Shown: one piece after another, positions 38,001 to 49,720 of the stretch
How the letters are laid out: every line of letters begins with the position of its first letter
Numbering within the stretch: position 1 is the stretch's first letter
The notes under the pieces: generated by a model
The model's database searches: none
Told to the model about the DNA's origin: nothing
Seen by the model: the letters and a program-made list of their open reading frames with translations, nothing else
Origin: Takakia lepidozioides
Taxonomy: Eukaryota > Plantae > Bryophyta
NCBI GenBank assembly: GCA_030704615.1
Contig: CM060732.1
Coordinates: 67,952,001 to 68,016,000 of the forward strand
Length of the DNA stretch: 64,000 nt
Direction: 5' to 3'
Translations under genes and position numbers: made by a program

Positions 38001-40962
38001 CATCCCTTTTCTCTCTCCTGAGCATTCCCAATTGCTCAATTCTGTTTGCAGTTTCAAATGCCTCCTCCACTGTATTATGGGGTAACATATCCACTTTCTT
38101 CTGCAACTCTGGTCTTAGTCCACTCACAAACCAAGTCTTCTGTAAACCTGGTGCTGGTACAGCAGCCAGCTTTTTCATCATCAATTCCATCTTTTCCATA
38201 TACTCCTCAACAGTTTCATGCTTCTTTTGCTTTAACTGTTGTAAACTTCCATACACTTCATCCTCAGTTTTACTTGTCCTGAACCTATTTCGGAATGTAT
38301 TTCAAGCCATTCCAGGTTAGGAAATGATTATCAGGGAATCTTGCATACCATTCACTTGCTTTCTTGATAAGTGAACAAGGAAACAATCTCATCTTGGCAT
38401 CATCGCCATTCTCATTGTTCACTATACACATGTGCTCAAATTGGCTAATGTGTACATCGGGATCCCCTTTTCCTGAATATATTGGAAAAGGTGGTTTTGC
38501 CCGTGTTGGTTGTAACCATCTGTGGCCCTACCTTCTGCCCACTGACAGGTGCTGCACCCTTGCTGGTGCTGGTCCTTCAGGACCTGTTGTTGTTGTGGTG
38601 GATCTTCCACCAAGTGGTGGCCCTTGAGCACTCCTGCTACTGGCCCCACGATATTCACAGTATTCCCAGCTCCAGTTGCACTACTTCCCACACTCCCTGT
38701 CCCCCCAGAGCCAGATCCAGGCAGCCCGCCTGATCCCCCTGAGCCGACACCTTCGTTGGCCTGTGATCCAAGTGCTCCACTTGATCCAGGTCCAACGGGT
38801 TGGGATGTCCTGGTTGTAGTCTCAACCTCAGCTGTTGGGTCTACTTCTTCATACTCTTCCTCTTCCAATTTCTTCTCTCTATTTTCATCCTCCAAGTTCT
38901 GCCCTTGGGTTTCTTCTTCACTCATGTAACTCAACTGCAATGGTGTTGGAGAGTCTGAACTCTCCGTTGGCTCTGCCACATCCTCTCCTCCTTCTTCACC
39001 TTCCGCTTCAGAAACTGGAGTTCCTGCTTTTGGTGTTCCATGCCAACTCTTATCAAAGATTTCTGTCAAATCTTTTATCCAGGGATGTACCTCAGATCTT
39101 TCACCTCGTGATTGATCTTCTTCCCGTACCAATTCCCTTAATCTTTCTTGCAAAGAAAAAGAAGGAGTGGCATCCAACTCTAGTTCTTCCGGTATGGGTG
39201 ATGTACTCTCTGATCTTAATGGTGTGAGAGGTCCAGATGATTCCCCTATGTCTATTCCTCTCTCCCAAAGATATGGATAATTAGCTTTCAGATAGCTTTC
39301 TCTTTTTGCTGAATATCTCTGGAGTCTAGCTTCTCTTTCATCACTCATGTCCCATGTCTTTCATTTCTTTTAATGTGGCAATAACCAAAACTCTCTTCTG
39401 TAATATCTCTCGTATATGCCTGGGTTTCTTTCAAGCTTCAATGCACCCTTGGCTATACTAGAAGTCTCCGTTACCATATAACCATATGGCAAACAAGTCT
39501 GGAAAGCTGTTCTTGGTGTGAGTTTGATCCACAAATATCCTTTGGAATCCAATTCTTTACCAGTACAAGCTCTTCATGCATATGAGTATAAACATTCACC
39601 TTTCTTTCCTCCCAGCCTTCAAACTCTACTCGCTTAATGGATAGCAATGCTATCACATAAACCAGTGTTGGTAACCAACGTGCTCTTCCTCTACAGGCCA
39701 CCTGATAAATCTTTATCACTCTTTCTCCAGACCCCATTCAGGGTCAGCATCATGCACTCTCTTAAGAATGTTTTCTTTACAACCGTCTGGCAATTCCAAG
39801 AACCTCTGAAAGAATCGTTTGGACAATCTTTCCTTCTCAGTTTCACAAGGAATTTGATTCACATCAAATTCTTTAATTCTCCATCCACCATGATCCCACC
39901 AGATGCCTGTCACATCTGGTTGTTCATGACCCAGTTCCCCAGTATGGTCGCCAAATGTCGCGCGGCTTTTACTCACCCATCCCTTCGCTATCCGAGGCGG
40001 AAACTCCAAGATAGAAGAGTTGGAAATCTCTAAGCACTCAGCCCGCTCAGAACAATCAGTCATGACCTACAGCTAGTGTATCATGGGGTGTTTCCTATTT
40101 GTTTTCCTTCCCGCATTCATGTTAGCTAGTTACCTTACTGTTGGTAATTAAGTATCAGTTTGCTTCAGCAATCTATCGGATTCCATCAACTCATCCATTC
40201 ATTCCACAGCTTCACTCAGATCTCTCTACACAGTGTGAGTATGAAGTATGTATCAGTTTAATATCTATCAAGTATCAGGCTGAAGCCATGGAGTCTCTAA
40301 TCTGCTCTACATTATAACTCTACTGCTTGCATTCATCAAGCATCAACAGATCGTCCTCCTCCTACTCCGTGCTCTCCCGCTTTCTGCTCAGAGATGCCTC
40401 TCTGCCTCATTTCCCCCCAGTGATGTCCGAAGTCCCCTCCCAGAAGTGATCCCCCAGAATTGCTCCTTTTCTGGTCCTCGCTCCTGGCTTTATCTTCCTA
40501 ACCGTTGTTCTAACCGTTTCCCTCACTAACCGTCATCCGTGAACTAACATGTTCCATTCGCAGATGTTGTTCCCCACAGTCGTTCCCTGTCCTGCTATTC
40601 GTTCCCTATGGTCGTGACAGCTGTGTCAAGCTGTGACTGGCTGTGTGGCTGTGACGGGATGTGTTGACTATGACTGGCTGTGTTGGACTGTGACGGGCTG
40701 TGTTGACTGTGACTGGCTGTGTTGGCTATGTCGGGCTGTGTCGGCTGTGCGAAGATGTGACGGGCTGTGTTGGCTGTGACTGGCTGTGTTGGACTGTGAC
40801 GGCTGTAACGGGTTGTGATGGACTGTGTTGGGCTGTGTATCTCCCCCCCCTAAAGCCTGTTGCTGTCACCCCTAAGGCTCCTGTTGGTCTCAGTCTGTGT
40901 AAAAATTAAGGGTACCCCACAGATCCCTTAAAAGCGTCTAAGTCCCAAGTAGTCCTCTAACA
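35052..40962 (-). mobile_element. Ty3/Gypsy element B (same family), 5' LTR 39956..40962 through gag-PR-RT-RH, truncated in RNase H
   Basis: Near-identical to A; ends at YAVKKFRHY where A's LTR begins. Confidence 0.93.
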
Positions 40963-40984
40963 CTAATCACCAGCTAGGGGGACG

Positions 40985-41525
40985 ATTGTGGCATAGTTTT
41001 CTAGGATTGCGTGCTTAGAATGTATGGTGGATAACGATGTATGTTGTGGCACAATGGTTAGGTGCACGACAGCTGTCATGGTTTTACTCATGGTTAACTA
41101 GAATTACTTACTTCTAGTTAACTCGGACATTTTGGATATTTATATTTGTATTTTGTGTGTTGGGACTTCATTTGGTCTCACATGCCAAGTGAGGTGTCAA
41201 ACCTCACTTGGGACATGGGGATGGGTTTTCCCCTTGTGAGTGTTGAGGAGGGCTCATCTTCTTGTAGTTGAGCCTCCATGAGCCTCTCCCACGTCCATAG
41301 CTCTAGGTATTGAGAAGGAGTGTGGTGAGGGCTTTGTAGGGTGGATTCCTTTAGCAAAGGTGCCCTTGGCTTGACTTAGTTTATGTGATTGAGTGGATTC
41401 ATGAGTGGAGTGTTTCCATTGTGTTCACTTTCATTATCATTGTGGCATAGCTTTCTAGGATTGTGTGCTTAGAATGTATGGTGGATAGGGATGTATGTTA
41501 TGGCACGATGCTTAGGTGCACGACA
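40985..41525 (-). mobile_element. Family-2 LTRs in tandem: complete 41074..41525 plus partial 40985..41071
   Basis: Reverse complement of TGTCGTGCACCTAAGCATCGTGCC at 41525 and again at 41071, separated from the first LTR's end by 2 nt. Confidence 0.8.
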
Positions 41526-42018
41526 AATGTAAGAAAATCATTCAATCCAAAAATTGAAAAAAAAAAGAACAAAAACAAAAACAAATAACAACTGCAGCAT
41601 GTATGTCATGGCCATATACACCTTTAGAAAGTCTTTCACACAAGCATCAATTTGTTGTATGCTAACAATTAGACCTAATAAGGCGAGGATTTAGGCTTAG
41701 CCTCAAAACATTGAAAGTTGGTGTTCATAAATGTGCAAAGTTATTCTGCAGGGTTGTACAAATATATGTGACGTGACGCTGAAAGTGGTGCTGACATGTC
41801 AGCGTCGGGTAGGAAATCACGTCCAGACGTACGTCGCGTCACATCCAAAATGGACTTATCTTTTGTAATTTATTTACGTTTAACTTTTACTAGTAGATTT
41901 TTATCCTAGACATCGAGGTGGCAGCCCAAGTGGACCGTGGACTGCACACGTGGATCTAACTAGCACTAAAAGTATTTTCATTACTTAAATTATATTCTTA
42001 AAAAATCAGTAAATTAGT

Positions 42019-43262
42019 TGCGATCGTCGAGGTTTGGAGATCGCTTCAATTCTCTGTATTTTTTAATTAGCTGCGACTGCCAAAATTTGGCAATTGCAGC
42101 GCTTATCAAAATTACTGAATATTCAAATGATCGCCGATATTTGGTGGTCGCACATAGTTTTAAAAATTTATTTTTGAAAAAACATTATACGACCGCTAAG
42201 TCTGGCAGTTGCATCTGCAGCCAGAGAGGCCGGAGGGCGGGAACGATAGAAGGGCTCTCTGAGAACTGTCACTAAGAGCATGCCGGGATGTGGGGTCCTG
42301 TCAAGCGAATCAAGCAGGGCGCAACCATTTTATTTTATTTATTTTATTTTATTTTATTTTTCTGTGCGTTCGATTCTCTTTCTGATGTAGAAAGGGGGGG
42401 GAGAGAACCCTAAAAGAATCGTAGTATAGCACAATGCTAGGTCCACATCCACGATTCGTTATCCTTCCCCCTTTCCATAAAATAAAACTCACTTCAGTTA
42501 AGTAGATTCTCTTATCCGCAGGCCGAAGGATCGAACTTGTCGAGTCTTTTCTTTAGGACTTAGGTTCTATCAAACCATCCGGGGAGAAGAACACCGGATT
42601 GGAGTCGAGAGACGAGAAGGTAGGTGAAGAAAAAATGTATTTAAAAAAAAAAAAAGGTGTGACCCTGAATTATGGTGGTCGCATGTAATTTTCTATTTTT
42701 TATGGCGGTCGTACCTATTTTCAGCCAAATAATAATAATAAATAATAATAAATATTTCTTAAAAATTGGTGCGACCACCAGCCTTGGCAATTGTATGTAA
42801 TTTTTTATTCTTAGGTAGGTGCAACTGCCATTATCTATAATTGGCGGTCGCACCCATTTTTGAAAAACAAAGTGGTTGTTTTTTCAAATATTGGTACAAC
42901 TGCCAAGATATATGCGACTGCCAGAATTGGCGGTAGCACTAATTTTTGAAAAATTAAATTATAGACAACCACTCAATTTTGGCGGTCGCACATAGTTTTC
43001 AAAATATTACAAGTGACCACCAAATTTTGGCGGTAGTACGTTTTTTTTTTTTTTTTTTTTTAAATATTAATTTTAAAACCGTTCGACCGCCGGATTTTGG
43101 CGGTTGCACATATTGTTTTTAAGAAAAATACCATGCGACTGCCAAATTTAAGCAGATGCACATATTTTTCTTCAAAAATTAGGTGTGACTGCCAATATTG
43201 GCGATTGCAGCTATTTTTTATTTATTTTTAATTAGATGCAACTCTCAATATATGGCATTCGT
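42019..43262. repeat. Array of short palindromes TGCGACYGCC-N5..13-GGCGGTCGCA (probable DNA-transposon subterminal motifs)
   Basis: About 12 degenerate units, e.g. 42072, 42770, 42820, 42913, 43084, 43134, 43184, with roughly 50-nt period and AT-rich spacers. Confidence 0.75.
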
Positions 43263-44489
43263 ATTTTTCAAGACATTTTAATTAACTGTGGTATTGTTAA
43301 TATGCCAACATATCAGTCAATGTAATGTGGCTGCTGATATGAGATTTTTTTTTAATCTGTAATGTATATTTACTTTCATTCTAGAAAAACAAACATGACA
43401 TAGGTTGTGTCAGCGTTAGTTTTGACGCGATGTGAAGTGACGTAAAGGACGTGACGTGTGCAACTAAGGGGCTATGTTCTTAATGATCCTAGATATGGAT
43501 TGCATTGATCTTGGATTCAGCCAACCTTGGATGAGCGGTTATCATGACTGTAGAGAATCACAAGAGATATGAAGATCACAATGAAGACTTCTAAGAAAAG
43601 GTGTCTACCGTGCGACCAAATACCACAATTTATGCTTGCTGAATCGGTACAAGTGTTTATTTCTTGTACATTGAACCTTTGCTATTTTGGAAAGCAGAGA
43701 GGTGGGGGGAGCAGCTAGTGTAAAAGTTATGTATAGAAGACACTTCAGTATGCGATTCATTGGCTTGCTTCGGCAGGGGTCAAACCTTGTTTTGCATCCC
43801 ACTCAATATTTGTAAGAAATAAATTGCTCAAAGAAAAGACAAAATCAAAAGTATCTAATTGCTACAAAAGAAAATTATAATGTACTTGATATGTCCCCGT
43901 AAGTTTCATAACATAAATAATGTATAGGATATAGACATATATTTTGTTACTTTCCAGTCAAATTTCAACATAATGCAATAGTTTTGATATGCTTAGAAGG
44001 TCAAAAACATGCATAAGTTTAGAATGGAGATCATATTTTATGATCAATTAAAACCGACTAATCACATCACATAATCCAGCCACTATGGCTACAATTTGTT
44101 TTCCAACGCTCAGGATTGAGCATATTAGTAAGTACTAAGTATGGCATATTTCATAAGAACAGCCGCAAAGGCTAATCAAATGCAAAGAAAATTCCGCCCG
44201 GTCTCTCACTTTTTTCTCCCTCAACCACCACACCCAATATCCGCTATCCCTTCTACTAGCTTCGTACATATCCTGTATGCTTTCACATGACCTAAACAAT
44301 CATACTCTTCTAGAATATCACTCTGACACCCTCTCATCGGAACTAAAGATATCATATCATCCATCCAATACTAAACAAATTTTGTAATATAAATCATCCA
44401 TCATCTTAGAGATTCATCTACACTTGTCAACCTCTCATTGGACCCTATAAATGTTGGTGTCAAGTAACCCTTCAATGGTTATGCTTGGG

Positions 44490-44735
44490 CAAAGTCAATA
44501 AATCAAAAATCCCCTTGGGAGTGTCACCCTTTTTAAAACATTAAGGTCCAAGCTATTGTTAGCAAGTTGTCGACCAAGTGAAAGTGTACCCCTGAATAAA
44601 TCAAAAATGCATTGAGGGTGTCGCCCATTTTGAAACGTTAAGGTTCAAACTACTTTAGCAAGTTGTCGACCAAGTGAAAGTGTACCTACTACCCATGAAT
44701 AAATAAATAAATCTCCTTGAGGGTGTCGTCCACTT
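44490..44735 (+). repeat. About 100-bp tandem repeats upstream of lectin copy 1
   Basis: ttagcaagttgtcgaccaagtgaaagtgtac...aataaatcaaaaat unit repeated; four units at 47605..48630. Confidence 0.85.
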
Positions 44736-44912
44736 TATATGTATCTTACATGTATATACCACATTGCTTCTTAACGATAAATTCGACACACATATACCTT
44801 AGTAATACTTATCCATCTAGTCAAAAACTTGTTGGAGCAAGTTATGTACATTGCTACAAATATATAGGGAAAAACATCCATCCACATGTACAATCCATCA
44901 AAGATAAACCAC

Positions 44913-45343
44913 ATGGGTGGTTTGGGCATGGGTAACTCTGGAATCATCCTATTAGTGGTGTTGGCTTCATTTGCAATTGTATCTTTTGAACTACCTTGTA
45001 TGGGGGATATCAACTGAACAGTGGAGACTATCTTCTAAGTTAGGATGGGGCTTATGCCTTTGTAATGCAAGATGACTGCAATTTGGTGGTAAACCAGGAC
45101 GTCTACCCGGGGTGGAGCACCAGAACATCGAGACAAGGTGTGAACTGCTCCCTAACTTTGGATCTAGATTCACACATGCAGCTTATAGATGGCTCGACGG
45201 GCAACGTCTTATGGAACAATCGTGTACGAGTAGATAGCTTGAAACGTTGCTCACTCATTATGCAAAATGATGGCACTGTTGTTTTGACATCTTATATAGC
45301 GGACCAAAGTGAGATCTCCTGGTCAACTGGCATTTTCCCTTAG
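44913..45343 (+). pseudogene. Bulb-type (GNA-like) lectin, frameshifted paralog
   Basis: Colinear with 48810..49244 but with 1-nt deletions near 44990 and 45050; retains MQDDCNLVV. Confidence 0.85.
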
Positions 45344-46663
45344 GTGCAATTATCATATCAAGATTATGTGGATCTAGAACCTTAGTTAGTTCATAAGCAC
45401 TTAATAGCACTAACTGTGTTGAGCTTCGACAAGGACTTGGAGATCCCACTCCTTGTATAGTTTTGTGATGCACCTGAGGTGAAGAGGTATTTTTTATGAA
45501 GGTATTTTTTTTCTTCATTTAATTATATAATATGCACAATTATTTGGAAGGTTATTTTTTTATTTGACTGCATTCATCAAATATTTGACACCCTATAGTA
45601 AAATGAAAATAAAGCAAATTTTTCTTCGAGTGTAAATTATTTTATTATTATTTTGATACAAACTCATTAAGAGCTTCAACATCGACACCATATTTCAAGG
45701 TGTAAACCAGTGTTGGGCATGTATATTGATTTCAATATACCCTTAGGGTATAAGTAAATTATTTTGTCAAATCATTTACCCTCCCGGTATGGATAAATTG
45801 AAATCTCAAAAATTTATTTACCCTCCGGGTATGGGCCCTGAGGGTATGAATAGTTTCCGGGTATAGATAATTATCTCAATTAATATATAATTTAATGGTT
45901 TTTAAAAATATATGAATTTTTCCAATACAAAAAAAACATTCTATGCTAAAAGAGAAAATTGAGGAGATATTGCATAATATTTTGGTTTTAATTCCCAATG
46001 CAAGATGAAGGAGGTTTGAGATATTTTAAAAAAAAACAGCCTTCAGGCATGTAAGGGTTTTAATTTTTTCCCTTAAATAATTATCAATAAAACTAACAAG
46101 GGCTTCCATCCTAGTAGTTACTGACACACCCTTATATATTCACAACCCTATTTTTATTAAGTGCGGTATCCATAGAATAAGGGTTCCCAATTGTATTTCT
46201 AAAAGTATTGGATATTTTACCTTCAAAAAATATATGTTACCTTATATTTTTTCACACGCCGTTTGAAAAAAATGGAAATGACTTCTCAGAGGACAAGGAT
46301 TTATTTTTAAAAGGAGCTGACCTATGAACAAGTATTTTAAGCACAATGAAGCACATAAAGACTCTCTTGAAGGATCATCTACAAAAGAAACTACAGCAAT
46401 AGATTAACATTTTTCTTGAGGGATTCTTTGCAGAAGAAACCAACACAATAGAGCTCAACCCTTCATCTTACTAGTTTGTTGTCGACATTTGTCAAAAGAT
46501 GCTTCACTGCTTATACATAGTTTGTTATAAATACGTATTATCGTTATACTTTTTTAAACTTGGAATTAAACAGTTTGGAACTGAAATTTTTCGCACAGTA
46601 TCGTACAATTTTGGAGCTAAGAGCTTTCGTATAATTTTGGAGCATGGATTGAGCTTTTTGCCC

Positions 46664-47063
46664 TTTGCTTCCACACCCAACCAAATGCCCAAATCATGCT
46701 ACCAAGCCAAAGCCATGATATGGAAACTTGGGCTAGGATACAACAAGATCCATGCATGTCACAAAGGGTGTGTTTTTTTTCATAGACAACTTGGAAGTTG
46801 CCACGGAGTGTCCGAAATGCAAAGCACCGCGATACAAGAACATGGGTAAGCAACGAGTACCAACAAAGATATTGTGGCATTTTCCCCTCATCCCCTGACT
46901 CTTGCGCATGTGTAAGTGCAAATCCATTAGTGAGCTGACGATTTGGCATTCTTCCAATGCATTGAAGGATGGACTAGTAAGGCATGCAGCAGATTGCCGT
47001 GCATGGAAGCACATTGATGCTACATGGCCAACCTTTGCAAAAGATCCAATGAATGTATGTCTC
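46664..47063 (+). mobile_element. CACTA/En-Spm TnpD (Transposase_21-type) fragment
   Basis: LGLGYNKIHAC, CPKCK.PRYK, LWHFPLIP, WH...DGLVRHAADCRAWKHID.TWP.FA.DP.NV across frames. Confidence 0.88.
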
Positions 47064-47707
47064 CATAAATTTCATAACATAAATAATGTATCAGGGAGAT
47101 AGACATATAAATGCAAAATGGTTGTAAGCAGAATATTTTACACAAAATAAATGCATGGAAAGTCATGCCAGACTAATTACTAAATAGGTTGAAAAAAAAT
47201 CTAAAAGATCAGTACTGTCTAGTATACTAAACCAATGATCTAAATATTGTTTATATCTTCATCCAATAATAAATATGGATGAAATATTCGAGCTACACCT
47301 ATCTTGAACTAACTCGGAACTGCATCGAGAGTATCAGTGCTAAGCATCAAACACTTTGTGTAGTCCTGCCTTATGAAGGCAATGCCAACAAATGTTTACA
47401 ATCAAAAAATAAATTGACAAGAGAATTTTATTCCTAGAATATTCAAAGTATTCCATCACCACAATAGGCATTTCATTTCATTTATTTGTAATCACACAAG
47501 TAGATAATCCATACATTCAATCTCATATATTATGGATCATGACTTCCTATTTAATTGGAAGTGGGTGTATTTTTTCACTCCTACTAAAGGGTCTGAGGTC
47601 ATACACAGGTCCAAGCTACTCTTAGCAATTGTCGACCAAATGAGTGTACCCATGAATAAATCAAGAAACTCATTAAGGGTATCGTCCATTTTGAAACGGG
47701 TTCAAAC

Positions 47708-48329
47708 CAGTGTTATACTGATATGTGCCAGTTCGCCGGGGTATGTGCAAGGGTATAGGTAAGAGTATGCCAAAACCAACCCGGCTGGTGTGTCATGCAG
47801 CCTATACCCCGGGTGTGTGTAGAACTTCGGGTTTAAGGTTCCAAACATACCCAAACTGATACCATAGTACCAGTCACAGTAGCTGGCACTGGGCAAAGCA
47901 ATACTGCGGTTGCGAACAGTACTCAGGGGTGAGTGTTTCGAGATGGGAGGGTAGCAGTTATGGCGTTAGGGTGCGCCATGTTGTGTTTGCTATGGGAGAG
48001 GTTTCATTTTTGCGTCTGGAGCTTTGATGTGGGGGGGCGCAAAAGAAATATTTGATTGCAATTGTTTTTTAGCTTTTGTATGTTGCCCTCAATCTGGTTG
48101 TTTTTTTCAGTATACCATACCATTGTACATGCCCCAATATGTCATTTGAGTTTTTGCCATACCCTGCCTAGGACCAAGGTATCTCAAAATTGGAAATACC
48201 CATACCCATCCTATAACCTACCTGGCCACTCCCAATCTACACTTGGCCCTACCAATTGGACCCAACAGCCAAGTTGGACCTACCAGGTCCAGTCTGGTTT
48301 GCCAAAGTGGATATACCGATACAACACCG
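47708..48329. mobile_element. Non-autonomous hAT-type element (MITE)
   Basis: 8-bp TSD gttcaaac (47700..47707 and 48330..48337) and imperfect TIRs cagtgttatactgatat / atataccgatacaacaccg. Confidence 0.82.
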
Positions 48330-48809
48330 GTTCAAACTACTTTAGCAAGTTGTTGACCAAGTGAAAGTGTACCTACTACCATGAATAAATTAAAAAATCA
48401 ACTTGACGGTATTGCCCATTTTTAAACGTTAAGGTTCAAGCTACTTTAATTAGCAAGTTGTCGACCAAGTGAAAGTGTACCTACTACCATGAATAAATTA
48501 AAAAATCTCCTTGAGGGTATCGCATATTTATAAACGTTAAGGTTCAAGCTACTTAGCAAGTTGTTGACCAAGTGAAAGTGTACCTACTACCCATGAATAA
48601 ATCAAAAAATCTCCTTGAGGGTGTCGCCCACTTTGTATGTATCTTACATGTATACACCACATTGCTTCTCAATGATAAATTTGACACACATACACCTTGG
48701 TAATACTTATCCATCCAATCAAAACTTCTTGAAGCAAGTTACGTAGATTGCTACAAATATATAGGGAAAAACATCCATCTACAAGTACAATCCATCAAAG
48801 ACAAACCAA

Positions 48810-49244
48810 ATGGGTGGTTTGGGCATGGGCAAATTTGGAATCATCCTATTAGCGGTGTTGGCTTCATTTGCAATTGTATCTTCTGAAACTACCTTGTATG
48901 GGGGACATCAATTGAACAGTGGAGACTATCTTCTAAGTTACGATGGGGGTTATGCTTTTGTAATGCAAGATGACTGCAATTTGGTGGTAATCCATGAGGA
49001 CGTCTATAACCTGGGGTGGAGCACCGGAACATCGGGAAAAGGTGTGAATTGCTTCCTAATTCTGGCTCCAGATTCATACATGCAGCTTATAGATGGATCG
49101 ACGGGCAACATCTTATGGAACAATGGTGTGACAGTGGACTCGAATCGTTGCTCACTCATTATGCAAAACAATGGCACTGTTGTTTTGACATCTTATATAA
49201 CGGACCAAAGTGAGATCTCCTGGTCAACTGACATTTTCCCTTAG
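48810..49244 (+). CDS. Secreted bulb-type (GNA-like) mannose-binding lectin domain protein
   Basis: Signal peptide (FGIILLAVLASFAIVSS), TLYGGHQLNSGDYL, MQDDCNLVV, WSTGT, C.LIMQNNGTVV, WST; intronless, 144 aa. Confidence 0.9.
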   Translation: MGGLGMGKFGIILLAVLASFAIVSSETTLYGGHQLNSGDYLLSYDGGYAFVMQDDCNLVVIHEDVYNLGWSTGTSGKGVNCFLILAPDSYMQLIDGSTGNILWNNGVTVDSNRCSLIMQNNGTVVLTSYITDQSEISWSTDIFP

Positions 49245-49617
49245 GTGCAATTGTCATATCAAGATTATATGGATCTAAAACTTTAGTTAGTTGAGCACTT
49301 GCTAGCACTTAAAATTGTGTTGAGCTTTGACGAGAACTAGTCAGAGAATCCAGTCCATGTGTAGTTTTGTGATGCACCTGAGGTAAAGAGGTATTTTTTA
49401 TGAGGGTATTTTTTTTTGTTCCATCCTTTAATTATTTTAATATGCACAACTATATGGAAGGCTATTTCTTTAATTTGACTGTAGTCATCAAATATTTGAT
49501 ACCCTATAGTAACATGAAAGTAAAGCAAATGTTTCTTCGAGTGCAAAATATTTTATTATTTGTTTGATATAAACTCATTAAGAGCTTCAAGTACATCAAC
49601 ACCATTCAAGATATAAA

Positions 49618-49720
49618 CACTACAACAGATCTTGGCTTTTACCACTCCTGTTTTGACTGGATTTTCAGTCATGTATGTCAAATATGACTGCATGACTTTG
49701 AAGTCAATAAAACCATGTCA
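49618..49720 (+). mobile_element. Probable CACTA element terminus
   Basis: CACTACAACAGA begins where similarity to lectin unit 1 ends and is followed by short tgact/agtca motifs; no partner end found. Confidence 0.4.

Noticed and set aside
42505-42585. Possible tRNA on the minus strand (gttcgatcc)
   Set aside because: Could not form a convincing cloverleaf or A-box.
42019-43262. CRISPR-like repeat-spacer array
   Set aside because: Eukaryotic context, degenerate repeats, low-complexity AT spacers and no cas genes.
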